A DNA stretch of 40,000 nt from Candidatus Gracilibacteria bacterium GN02-873 (lineage in GTDB: Bacteria; Patescibacteriota; Gracilibacteria; BD1-5; UBA2023), in NCBI GenBank assembly GCA_003260345.1, contig MORC01000001.1, positions 485,895 through 525,894 of the forward strand. The letters run 5' to 3'. Positions 20,615-30,166 of the stretch are shown here, piece by piece. Every line of letters starts with the position of its first letter. Position 1 is the first letter of the stretch. The translations under genes and the position numbers were made by a program. The notes beneath the pieces are model-generated. The model ran no database searches. It was not told where the DNA came from and saw nothing but the letters and a program-made list of their open reading frames with translations.

Positions 20615-22180
20615 TTATTTAAAAATTGACCCCAAAATTCCGCGCGCAATTTCTGCACCAATGCTCCCCATGCGGCGGCCACCAATTTTTGTGCCAACCG
20701 AACGAGCAATTTCTTTGCCAAAAGTTTTTGTCACACTTTCGACGATTGCATCGGTCATCGTTGGATTTTTTCGGCGTTCTTTTTCAGTCATGATTCGTGC
20801 TTTTTCAGCTTCTTCCTCTCTTTTTTGAGATTGAATCATCATCATTTTTTGTGCCAAAATTTCCTGCGCACTCTCAGGGTTTATTGGATTTTTATACGAA
20901 GCAAAAATTGGAGAAATACTCAAAAACGAGGCCAGTTCAGCATCAGTAATGGTATCCATTCTTGATTCTGGTGGGAAAATTTTTGTCATCACAAGGGGCG
21001 TCGGATTACCATTTTCACCAATTGTTGTGACAAACGCTTCACCCGTCCCAAGAGTAGTCAGATTTTTTTCGATATCATAAAACTCTGAAACCGGAAAATT
21101 TTTCGCCATTTTTTTGATAGATTCGTTGTCTTTGGCAGTAAAAGCCCTGAGAGCATGCTGAATTTTGAGCCCCAATTGTGACAAAATAATTTCAGGAATA
21201 TCCATCGGATTTTGCGTACAGAAAATCACACTCACGCCCTTGGATCGAATCAATTTGATAATCACCTCAAATTCTGACAAAATTTCATTCGGCAAATCAC
21301 GAAAAAGCAAGTGTGCCTCATCAATAATTACCACCAATTTTGGCTTGGAAATATCTCCAATCTCAGGCAGCGTCCCAAATAATTCAGTCAAAATCTGAAT
21401 CATCATCGTGGAAAAAAGTTGCGGATAACGAAGCGAATTCATCAATCGAATAATGTTGATTTGCCCTTTTCATTCATCATCAACGCGCATCAAATCACTC
21501 ATATCCAAGGATTTTTCACCAAAAAATTGCGAAGCACCCTGAGATTTAAGTACAATGATTTGTCGCATAATCACCTGAATGGTTGCCTGCGAAATCTGTC
21601 CATATGAAGCTAATTCATTTTTTCCATCTGTTGCCAAAAATGACAAAAGCGTTTCTAAGTCTTCCAAATCAACGAGCAACAAACCATGATCATCTGCATA
21701 TTTAAAAATAATTGTCAGAGCGGCAGTTTGTACTGAGGAAAGTCCCAAGACACGAGCAAATAAAAATGGTCCAAATTCTGAAACGGTTGACCGAACCTGA
21801 GCACCTCATTCATTCAAAAGTGAAAAAAATTCTACCGGAAAGCCCCTTGCCTGCCATTCCAAATCACCAAATTTATCAATATATTTTTGTAATTTTTCAG
21901 AATATTCTCCAGGCATAGAGAGCCCCGAAATATCACCCTTAATATCCATCATCACACTCGGAACTCCTGCATCAGAAAGGCGTTCCAAAAGTTTCTGAAT
22001 AGTCTTCGTTTTTCCTGTTCCAGTTGCCCCCGTAATAAGCCCATGGCGATTCAAAGTTGACAAAGGAATACTCACATGAGTATCAGAAAAAATTTCATTT
22101 TCATAAAGAGCAACACCAATGTCGATATGCTCACCAGAAAAATTATAATTTTCCTGAATGTTTTGAGAAAAATTTTTCAT
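20615..22180 (-). CDS. HerA/YjgR-like P-loop NTPase (DUF853 family)
   Basis: Track ORFs 20615-21445, 21470-21748 and 21806-22180 join across TGA at 21470 and 21806. Walker A GATGTGKTKT and Walker B VVIIDEAHLLF are present, and the length (521 aa) and order fit the family. Confidence 0.8.
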
Positions 22181-22183
22181 ATT

Positions 22184-22663
22184 TTATTCACTAATAATTT
22201 CTACTTTTTCAATCACTGCATCTATTTTTGGGCGATCATTGTGATCCGTTGGTAAACGCTCAATATCATCCACCACATCCATTCCAGAAATTACTTGACC
22301 AAAAATCGTATGCTTGCGATCAAGAAAGCTCGCATTATCCATCGTTACAATGAAAAATTGCGAACCATTCGTATTTCGACCCGCATTCGCCATAGAAAGC
22401 ATGCCTCGTTTGTGCGTCAATGAAAAAGTAAACTCGTCTTCAAAATTTTTGTTCCAAATACTACTTCCGCCCATCCCCGTTCCTGTCGGATCGCCACCCT
22501 GAATCATAAAATCCCGAATCACACGATGAAAAATAACGCCATCATAATAGCCATTTTTTGAAAGTCCGATAAAATTTTCTACTGCTTTGGGCGCAAATTC
22601 TGGGAAAAGTTCAAAGGTAATATCACCAAAATTAGTAATCATTTTTACTTGTGGATTTGTCAT
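22184..22663 (-). CDS. ppiB: peptidyl-prolyl cis-trans isomerase, cyclophilin type
   Basis: Uninterrupted 159-aa [40 protein letters not shown] and HTIFGQV are cyclophilin motifs. Confidence 0.92.
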   Translation of the reverse strand: MTNPQVKMITNFGDITFELFPEFAPKAVENFIGLSKNGYYDGVIFHRVIRDFMIQGGDPTGTGMGGSSIWNKNFEDEFTFSLTHKRGMLSMANAGRNTNGSQFFIVTMDNASFLDRKHTIFGQVISGMDVVDDIERLPTDHNDRPKIDAVIEKVEIISE

Positions 22664-22749
22664 AAAATTGTGTTAAAATCCCCTCAAGTATACTCACTTT
22701 TTGAATAAGTCAATTTTGATTTTTTTACAAAAATCTTTACAATGAACGC

Positions 22750-23529
22750 ATGAAAAAAATAATTTCTACTTTTGTGATTCTTGGGACAATTTTTCTGATT
22801 AGTTGCACCAAAACCTCCTCAGATTTTTCAGAGAATTTCACAACTCAACCGAGCGATTCACGAGTTTTTACGCAAGGAATTTTTGTAAAAAATGATCAAA
22901 TTTTTCTGTCTTCTGGGGCGCCAAATTATCTGAGTGGCACACATTCTTCAGTTGGAATTCTTGATAAAAATGGGGTTTTTGAGTCAAAATTTTCGCTCGA
23001 TCCAAATATTTTTTTCGGAGAATGAATCACTGAATTGAATGGGAAAATTTATTTTGTGACTTGGAAAAATCAAAAATGATTTATTTTGGAAGCACAAAAT
23101 TTTGAAAAAATTGGTGAATTTAATTATAAAAATAAGGAATGATGGGGGCTCGCAAGCGATGGCGAGAAAATTTTCATGAGTGATGGAACAGAAAAAATCA
23201 CTATTTTTGATGAAAATTTTAATAAAATTTCAGAAATTTCTGTCCTTGAAAATGGCAAAAAAATCAACAAAATCAACGAACTTGAATATATTGATGGAGC
23301 GATTTTTGCGAATATTTGGCTTACGAATGATGTTGTCAAAATTGATCCAAATTCTGGAAAAGTGCTCGCGCGATGGAATTTTGATTTCCTCAAACATCAA
23401 GAACTTCAAGAAAATCCACAAGCCCAAGAAATGAATGGCATTGCCTTTGACAAGACAAAAAATCAGATCATTCTCACTGGAAAAATGTGGAAAAATCTCT
23501 ATATTTTTGATGCAGATTTTTTCCAATAA
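22750..23529 (+). CDS. glutaminyl-peptide cyclotransferase-like beta-propeller lipoprotein
   Basis: Track ORFs 22750-23025 and 23176-23529 join across TGA at 23023, 23077 and 23140. It has a lipobox-like LISC, and the product reads FTQGIF, FGE-G-ITELNGKIYFVTW, KE-G-WGLASDG, LNELEYIDGAIFANIW, MNGIAFD, ILTGKMW. Confidence 0.75.
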
Positions 23530-23531
23530 AT

Positions 23532-23554
23532 AAAACTCTCTTTCGAGAGTTTTT
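23532..23554. terminator. bidirectional hairpin terminator
   Basis: aaaactctc-tttc-gagagtttt is a perfect 9-bp stem between convergent genes. Confidence 0.65.
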
Positions 23555-23557
23555 CAT

Positions 23558-24565
23558 TTACGCAGATTGTTTGGCAGGTATACGAGTTTTTCGATTCATC
23601 GTTTTTCCAACTGCATTTTTCACACCAATTCCCGTAAGTGCCGTTCCGACAGAATCGTTAATATTGGCACCTTCCTGCTGTTTTTTGAAATATTTTTTCA
23701 TCGTGTCAATACGAGACTGTTCATCATCCATTGAGCGAGAACTTTCAATAGCTTCAGCTTCAAGCTTCGCAAATTTTTCCTTTTCAGAGCGATATTCTTC
23801 CGCCTGATCCAAGAATTTTTGTTTGCGATCAGCAAGTGCTTTTTCCATTTTTTCAAGCTGAAGCAATCCAGCCGTCAAGAAAGAATCAGTATTTTCTGGA
23901 ACTTCAGCAACCAATGTTTCTGTTTCGGATGAGCCAAAAATAGAAGATTTTTCTACATTTTCTGCTGATATTTCTGCCACTGGTGACTGAGTTGATTCAA
24001 GATCATGATCTACAAGAGAAAAAAGTCCTGATTCGGCAGCATTTTCTGCTGCTTCATGATTTTCTTCAGAAATCAGAGAAGTTTCTGGAGTCACCGCTTC
24101 TGGAGTAACAACTTCTGTAACAGAAGTCTCAGTCATAGGAGTTTCATCAAGAAGAGAAATTACCGGAGTTTCTGTCACAAGATTTTCTGAAATTGAAGGC
24201 GCCACTACTGGCGTTTCAACTATCAGAGAGCTTGGTGCGTCGGACGTTACTGATGTAGATTCAACCACTGGCGTTACCACTTCCGTCGCGTCAGAAATAA
24301 TAATCGGAGATTCTGCCGCGGTGACTTCAATCGCAGGTGCTACTTCAGTCACCATATTTTGCGATTCAGCTGCTTTTTGTTGGGTATAGCTTGGCATATC
24401 AGCCGTTACATTTCCCGCAGAAATATTGAGCAATTCATCAATCGCAGGAGGTGTCGAAGTTGTCCCCTGAGACATTCCTGCCATCGGGTCAGTCATAATC
24501 GGAGTAGTATCTTGAGGTGTAGCATTTTTAGAGCCACCACCAAGAAGATCATCAAAAAGTCACAT
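23558..24565 (-). CDS. acidic low-complexity protein with C-terminal coiled coil
   Basis: Track ORF 23558-24496 extends upstream in frame to ATG 24563-65, whose second codon is TGA (M-G-LFDDLLGGGSKN). A T/E/V/S-rich middle is followed by a heptad-like segment (LEKMEKALADRKQKFLDQAEEYRSEKEKFAKLEAEAIE) and a basic tail. Confidence 0.55.
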
Positions 24566-24702
24566 ATTTTTATTTTTAAGAGTAAAATACCCATTCAGAA
24601 TAGCATGTTTTTTTGATAAAAGCAAATATCTCTAAATTTTTCTCATAAAAATAATTGACAGATTTCAAAAATATTTTTTAATACTTTTAATTTTCTCAAA
24701 AA

Positions 24703-24734
24703 ATAAAAAAAATCCCTTCAAAAAGAAAGGATTT
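24703..24734 (-). terminator. rho-independent terminator of ybaB
   Basis: On the minus strand aatcctttc-ttttt-gaagggatt (one mismatch) is followed by a long T-run. Confidence 0.55.
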
Positions 24735-24741
24735 TGAGGAA

Positions 24742-25041
24742 TTACATTCCAGGAATATTGAGACCCATCTGCCCCATCACTCCACGCATACGATCTGCGG
24801 CGATTTCCTGAGCCTTTTTCATTCCCTTGTTTACTGCTTCAGTAACAGCTTTTTCGATTTTTTCTTTATCACCGATAATGGAAGTATCTTCGATCTCAGT
24901 TTTTACCACCTTGAGCTGACCATCAATCGTCACCACGAGTCCATCAACTTCCGCTTCAATGTGCGTATTAGAAAGTTCTTCCTGAATTTTTTGCGCTTGT
25001 TGCTGCAACTTCATCAATTCTTGTGCTTGTTTGAAATCCAT
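24742..25041 (-). CDS. ybaB: nucleoid-associated protein YbaB/EbfC
   Basis: Uninterrupted 99-aa ORF. MKLQQQAQKIQEEL...VEAEVDGLVVTIDGQLKVVKTEI...AVTEAVNKGMKKAQE and the PGM C-terminus are typical of the family. Confidence 0.88.
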   Translation of the reverse strand: MDFKQAQELMKLQQQAQKIQEELSNTHIEAEVDGLVVTIDGQLKVVKTEIEDTSIIGDKEKIEKAVTEAVNKGMKKAQEIAADRMRGVMGQMGLNIPGM

Positions 25042-25065
25042 AATAAAAAATTATAAAACGCGGAA

Positions 25066-25093
25066 ATTATAGAGAAAAAATTTGAAAAAGCAA
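25066..25093 (-). promoter_or_regulatory. sigma70-like promoter for ybaB
   Basis: Minus strand: TTGCTT (25093-25088), N16, TATAAT (25071-25066), 25 nt upstream of the ATG. The -35 lies inside the left 28-bp direct repeat. Confidence 0.55.
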
Positions 25094-25112
25094 ATTTTTA
25101 GGCTTGCATTTT
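25085..25112. repeat. left copy of 28-bp direct repeat (aaaaagcaaatttttAggcttgcatttt)
   Basis: 27 of 28 positions are identical to 29483-29510 in the same orientation. The flanks outside the repeat are unrelated. Confidence 0.85.
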
Positions 25113-25135
25113 AGTTTAAAAGTATTCTATTTTAT

Positions 25136-26119
25136 TTATTTTAAATTTTCTTTAAAAAATATTTCTAACTTATTAAATGGAATGATCCCTGCTTTATTGT
25201 CATAAAAGTCAGTATGTTTAGCATTAGAAATAACAAGTAATTCTTTATTTTCTGTTCCTATAGCTTTATAGGTGTCTTCACTCATATAACGAGAATGAGA
25301 ATTTTCTCCTGCAATAATAAGAGTTGGAACATTGATTTCATTTATATATGATAACAAAGGAAAATTCATAAATGAAAGTAATGTTGTAGCTGTCCAAACT
25401 TGATTAGAAACTGAACGTTCATGAAAACCTCTTGAAGTTTTATAAAAATCTATGTAATCTTTTAAAAATTGTGGAGCTCCTTCAGGTGCAGCTTCAGGTA
25501 AAGGTTGACCTTTGGTAGGTATTCCTGTTTCAGCATCTATCCAACGAAGCTCATTAAGTGAACGCTTCATTTCCAAACGCATTTCAGGTGTATTGCTGTC
25601 AAAATATCCCTTACTAAAAATACGTGACATATCATACATTACTATTGTTGCTACTGCCTTTATACGTGTATCTATAGCTGTAGCATTAAGAGCAAATCCT
25701 CCCCAACCACAAATACCAATAATTCATATTTTTTCTCTATCCACAAAGACTTGAAGTCCCAAACAATCAACAGCAGCAGAAAAATCTTCAGTATTGATAT
25801 CAGGAGAAGCTACATTACGAGGCTCTCCTCCACTTTCACCTGTATAAGAAGGATCAAAAGCCAAAGTTACAAATCACCTCTCTGCCATTGTTTGTGCATA
25901 AAAACCTGAAGCTTGTTCTTTTACTGCTCCAAATCCACCACAAATAGCAAGAGCAGAAAGTTTCTTATCTTCAATATCTTTTGGGAAATATAAATCTCCA
26001 ACAAGATTAATACCATAGCGGTTTTTAAATGATATTTTTTGATGATTAACTTTATCACTTTGTGGAAAAATTTTATCCCAGCAAACATCATACATTGATG
26101 TTTTTTTGTTTGTATTCAT
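25136..26119 (-). CDS. alpha/beta hydrolase (dienelactone-hydrolase / YcjY-like)
   Basis: Track ORFs 25136-25639 and 25874-26119 plus 25640-25873 form one frame across TGA at 25724 and 25874. The product reads AER-G-FVTLAFDPSYTGESGGEPR and KI-G-IIGICGWGG (nucleophile elbow with Cys). Confidence 0.75.
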
Positions 26120-26212
26120 ATTTTTAAACTTTAATTTTATTTATTTTGTAAGTTTCCAATAAATATTTTTTATATTATTATTACTATAATTTTGTTAATA
26201 ATAAAATTTATT

Positions 26213-27004
26213 TTATTTAATTTTTCTGCCCAAATCCTTTCCATAAATACATATTATAATAATAGTTACTATGATAATTATTCCATAGGCTATCATTCCT
26301 TCTCCCAATTCGTATGTAGAGCGTCCACCGGGGTAATTGGTACGAGCCGTATTGGCAATTGTATGACACAAAATAAGTGCAAAGACCGAAGCATAAGTAT
26401 TGTTAAACAACCATACATATAATACTCTAACTGCTACTGTACCAAGCAATCCCCAAATAATAAGCAGAGGTGTTTGTCCTATTTGTATCATAGAATTCAG
26501 ATGCCACAATGCCCAAGGCACTCAAATTATCAATGCTGTCATCAAAGAATTATAATTTTTCTGTAATGCTTCTGTTGCATAAGCCGCATAACCCAATTCC
26601 TCTACGGTTGCTGCTATAAAAAACATAACAATTGTTCCTAACAATGCCATAAGAGAAGGAAAAACAAATTTTTCCACAGAAAATCCTGATAAATCTTGTA
26701 CAATAAATGTCAAAACATACAAAAAAGGAAAGAGAAAGACAGCAACCCACAACCATTTTTTATTTCGTATGCGAGAAATATCAAAAGTACGAGCAAAAAG
26801 ATGTTTAACAGCTTGCGTTCCACCCTCTTTGTATCTCAAAATAGCTGCTGCAATCATAGGTGTAAGTGCGGCTCCAATATCAGTTAGAGGTAAATTATCT
26901 GGTAAATTACTTCCTTGTATATAATATGAGGCAATCCAAAAAGGCAAGCTCATTACCCAAACAAGTATAAAAAATTTCCATGGATGAGAAGGAGTTGTTT
27001 GCAT
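26213..27004 (-). CDS. CPBP family intramembrane glutamic endopeptidase (Abi/CAAX-protease-like)
   Basis: Track ORFs 26213-26521 and 26522-27004 join across the TGA at 26522-24. The protein is multi-pass hydrophobic and carries ATVEELGYAAY (EE..R-type motif 1), ALWHL (motif 2) and LCHTIAN (motif 3). Confidence 0.7.
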
Positions 27005-27119
27005 ATGTATTGTATTTAAAAATTAAAACAGCTTATAAAACAATGTCCAATTAACCATTTGTCACTTCACTGAAATGAAAATTTCTACTTTGGATGAGTC
27101 TCCGTTTTGTGATTTTTCA

Positions 27120-27135
27120 CCATTGATATCAGTGG
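27120..27135. promoter_or_regulatory. imperfect 16-bp palindrome, possible operator
   Basis: ccaTtgatatcaGtgg is symmetric around GATATC with one mismatched pair. It lies in the 189-bp gap upstream of the CPBP gene at 26213-27004. Confidence 0.25.
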
Positions 27136-27193
27136 CTATTTTTAAATAAGTTATAATTATTCTATTGATTTTTTAAAAAAAAGAAAGTTTAAA

Positions 27194-28048
27194 TTACTTA
27201 TTTTGTTGTCTGTCCCTTTTTTTACGAATTTTCCTCAAATACAATCCAACACATAAATATATTGTCAATGGAATTATTCACAAGCTTGGGGAAATCAGCC
27301 AATTGTATTCAGGGGGAATATTTACAAATCCTTCTGAGATAAGTGGATTTAAGGAATCTTCCATTGTGTGCATCAAAACCACTAGCCAAAGCGAACGTGA
27401 AAGGAAAAATATTTCAGTGTACATAATCGTCCAAACTCCAATCACAAAAAATCCTGTTATAACAAACAAAACTTCACCATAAGGGAAAAACTTTGCAAGA
27501 TAAGCATCATCTAAAAATATCAAATAATATGGTAAATGCCAGATTTGCCATACTAAAGCCACAACCAAATATATTAACCATTCATTTTTAGTAAGTTGCT
27601 CCATTTTTACAGTTAAATAGCCTCTCCAAACTGATTCTTCAAATATATTTTTGATAAATTCAGGCAAAAAAGCAGCTGCAAAAATAGGCAAATATGCAAC
27701 AATACTAAATTTGCTTGCATCTGCCCAACCCATCAAATTTCCAAAAAACAATGTTACACCAATTACTACAGGATAGATTGCAAAAGCAAGCAGATACCAA
27801 TAAGTATTTTGTTTGAAATTTGGCTTTATGGGAAGGTCTTTCCAGCCATCTCCTCCAAAAAGACGAAGTAAAATCGTACATAAAAGTGGTGTAGCAATAA
27901 AAATCAAAGCTCCAGGTGATTCCAAATTTGAAGGTTCCCCAAGCAAATTATTTACACCAACACCTATCCAACCACAAATAACAGCAATAAAGCTAAATAT
28001 TGCAACATTTCTAAAAGTTTTTTTATTAGTTTTCATTTTGTTAATCAT
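27194..28048 (-). CDS. CPBP family intramembrane glutamic endopeptidase (second copy)
   Basis: Track ORF 27278-28048 reads through the TGA at 27278-80 to the TAA at 27194-96. Motifs are FEESVWRGY, WQIWHLPYY and VLMHTMEDS. It is multi-pass hydrophobic and overlaps the upstream gene end by 8 nt. Confidence 0.72.
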
Positions 28049-28865
28049 TAGAATTACTATTTATTGGCTTTCCAGATATAAAACTCTTGACTATATTGTT
28101 AAAATCCTCAGCATTGTCCATATTAGCACAATGTCCCGCATTTTTAATGATGACAAGATTACTATTTGTCGGCTCGTCATTGTACCACTGTTTAGCGGCT
28201 TTTATCATTAATTCACTATCTTTCTCACCAACCAAAATTAATAATGGAAAGCTTCTTTGAACAATCCTGTCAGCCATCAACTTGTTTAATCCAGACATAG
28301 TATCAAATGATTTTCTTGAGAAATGTTTCGCACTTTCATAAAGTCGGATTTGCTCAGTTGGATTTATAGCAGAAGTTTTCGCAACATATTTACGAAATGA
28401 ATCCATTGAAAAAATCATTTTAAACAGCCATTTAAAAATTTCTTTGCCTTGTGCTTTGGCAATTTCTTTCTGCTCCTTATTGATATTATAGCCTCCAAGA
28501 GCTGTTAGAGATAATATTTTATCAGGATATTTTAGTGCAAAATCTTGTGCAAGCAATGAACCAAGGGAAACTCAGATAATATGCAGTTTGTCTTTATTCT
28601 CAACTTTGAGAATTTCTGCAATATGTGTGGTAGTGTCAATGAGCTTGTCTTTTGATTTTCCTACACCTGTCAAACCGTGTCCTAACATATCAAGTGTGAT
28701 TACCTGATAATCTTGGGAGACGAAATCTATCTGTTTATCAAAACATCTGTGATCACTAAAAGCAGGATGCAGAAAAACTATTGTTTCTCCACTCTCTTTT
28801 CCACTCACATAATAATGAATAGTATTTCCATTATTTTCTATAGTCTTGTGTTTCATATTATTCAT
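28041..28865 (-). CDS. alpha/beta hydrolase (GxSxG serine hydrolase)
   Basis: Track ORFs 28041-28556 and 28572-28865 join across the TGA at 28572-74, which supplies the first Gly of the elbow HII-G-VSLGS. VFLHPAFSDHRCF is the oxyanion region, and the C-terminal NAGHCANMD carries the catalytic His. Confidence 0.8.
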
Positions 28866-28871
28866 ATTTTT

Positions 28872-29405
28872 TTAATTATAATCTCTAATAATCTCCAAAA
28901 TCTTCTCTTCATCATAAACAAACATTCCAACAGCTACCAGAGAAGCTATACCATGAGCCAACATCCATGATCTAGAAAAAATATTTTTTATTCCTTTATC
29001 AGACATTTTTTGAAAATCCTCAGTATTTTTCATTAACTCTATAACTTCCTCATTTTCAGGAATAATATCAGTCATTTTCACTTTCATAATATTGTCTATA
29101 TAAACTGCTTTGAATAGAGCAGGTTCGATGTGAGCCATATGCACATATCCAAGCCCCAAGTCCAAAAATGGATTGCCTGTTTTTTTGTATTGACACATAG
29201 TATTTTTGAGATGTGACAAAGCTTTTTGACAAACTTCAGCTTTGAGATCATCCATATTTTTGTATGACCAATAAATCGGTTGTGTAGAACAACCTATTTT
29301 CTTAGCAATATTTCGAGCTGAAAGCACTGCAAATCCTTCTTTTCTAACCATTTCAAAGGCTGTCTTTATAATGATTTCTTTGGTAATTGTCATCGATTTT
29401 GGCAT
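28872..29405 (-). CDS. TetR/AcrR family transcriptional regulator
   Basis: Uninterrupted 177-aa ORF with the N-terminal TetR HTH IIKTAFEMVRKEGFAVLSARNIAKKIGCSTQPIYWSYKNMDDL. Confidence 0.85.
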   Translation of the reverse strand: MPKSMTITKEIIIKTAFEMVRKEGFAVLSARNIAKKIGCSTQPIYWSYKNMDDLKAEVCQKALSHLKNTMCQYKKTGNPFLDLGLGYVHMAHIEPALFKAVYIDNIMKVKMTDIIPENEEVIELMKNTEDFQKMSDKGIKNIFSRSWMLAHGIASLVAVGMFVYDEEKILEIIRDYN

Positions 29406-29431
29406 ATTTTTAATATTATAACTTATGTAAT

Positions 29432-29445
29432 ATAACAGCTGTTAT
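29432..29445. promoter_or_regulatory. perfect 14-bp palindrome, candidate TetR operator
   Basis: ATAACAGCTGTTAT lies 6 nt downstream (minus strand) of the predicted -10 and 26 nt upstream of the tetR ATG. Confidence 0.45.
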
Positions 29446-29451
29446 GCAATA

Positions 29452-29479
29452 ATAATATTAAAATCTAAAAAAATGTCAA
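29452..29479 (-). promoter_or_regulatory. sigma70-like promoter of the TetR cassette
   Basis: Minus strand: TTGACA (29479-29474), N16, TATTAT (29457-29452). Confidence 0.5.
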
Positions 29480-29482
29480 AAT

Positions 29483-29510
29483 AAAAAGCAAATTTTTTGG
29501 CTTGCATTTT
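29483..29510. repeat. right copy of 28-bp direct repeat (aaaaagcaaatttttTggcttgcatttt)
   Basis: 27 of 28 positions are identical to 25085-25112. Confidence 0.85.
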
Positions 29511-29529
29511 TCACAAAAAAATTTATAGT
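29502..29529 (+). promoter_or_regulatory. sigma70-like promoter for the lapA-like gene
   Basis: TTGCAT (29502-07, inside the right direct repeat), N16, TATAGT (29524-29), 19 nt upstream of the ATG at 29549. Confidence 0.4.
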
Positions 29530-29548
29530 GTGAAAAATAATTTTTTCT

Positions 29549-29836
29549 ATGTCACGTTTTTCTCTCAAAAATATTTCATTTTCACAGATTCTTGGAATCA
29601 TCGCGCTCGTTTTGCTCATCACATTCGTCATGCAAAATCTCAGTAACGTGTCTGTCAAATTCATTCGTTGGACTTTTGATATTCCCATTTTTTTGCTAAT
29701 TATTATTGTATTTTTTGTTGGTTTTTATACGTCCATTTTTACTGGTTCTGGTCTTGAAAAATTTTTTAAGAAAAAAGAAACCTACGAGGTTGATCTGAAA
29801 AAAATCTCTGAAAATGCCAAAAATACTGAAAAATAA
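29549..29836 (+). CDS. LapA-domain (DUF1049) small membrane protein
   Basis: Uninterrupted 95-aa ORF with two hydrophobic helices flanking QNLSNVSVKFIRWTFDIP, as in the LapA/DUF1049 domain. Confidence 0.6.
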   Translation: MSRFSLKNISFSQILGIIALVLLITFVMQNLSNVSVKFIRWTFDIPIFLLIIIVFFVGFYTSIFTGSGLEKFFKKKETYEVDLKKISENAKNTEK

Positions 29837-29858
29837 AATCCCCATTTGGGGATTTTTT
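29835..29858. terminator. bidirectional hairpin terminator
   Basis: aaaatcccc-attt-ggggatttt plus tt lies between convergent genes. Confidence 0.65.
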
Positions 29859-30126
29859 ATACATATTTGAGAGCGATTTCTATGCTTTCACGAGCCGTTT
29901 CGTGCTGATTCACAAAAAGATTGTACGCGCCATCTTCGGACAAAACTCCACACGCAACTTCTGATGGAATAGCACCATTATTGAATGCGTCAGAATCTTC
30001 AAACCACTTAGCAGAACTATAATATTCTGACAATTTTTGGAAATTTTCAAAATTTTCGAGCCATTTTTGTTGAGCGTCTTGAAGATTTTCCAGGATTTTT
30101 TGTGTTTCATTGAGAATTCGTTCCAT
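29857..30126 (-). CDS. DUF4298-like small protein
   Basis: This is the C-terminal 89 codons of track ORF 29857-30312, starting at ATG 30124-26. The rest of that ORF overlaps murI. YYSSAKWFEDSDAFNNGAIPSEVACGVLSEDGAYNL matches the DUF4298 core (YY.S..W..D...G.lp....GVLSED..Y). The start is uncertain. Confidence 0.55.
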   Translation of the reverse strand: MERILNETQKILENLQDAQQKWLENFENFQKLSEYYSSAKWFEDSDAFNNGAIPSEVACGVLSEDGAYNLFVNQHETARESIEIALKYV

Positions 30127-30166
30127 CTCAACAATGCGATCAATTTGTTTTGGTTCATAATTATTA

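Larger units (their letters stand above)
25113..29482. mobile_element. putative integrated accessory island (five-gene cassette, no integrase seen)
   Basis: Bracketed by the 28-bp direct repeats. Codon and nucleotide style visibly differ from the flanks: T- and A-ending codons, with TTA Leu and ATA Ile common and few of the C-ending CTC/ATC/CGC codons seen in the flanks. All five genes are on the minus strand. The insertion sits exactly between the ybaB and lapA-like divergent promoters. Confidence 0.45.
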
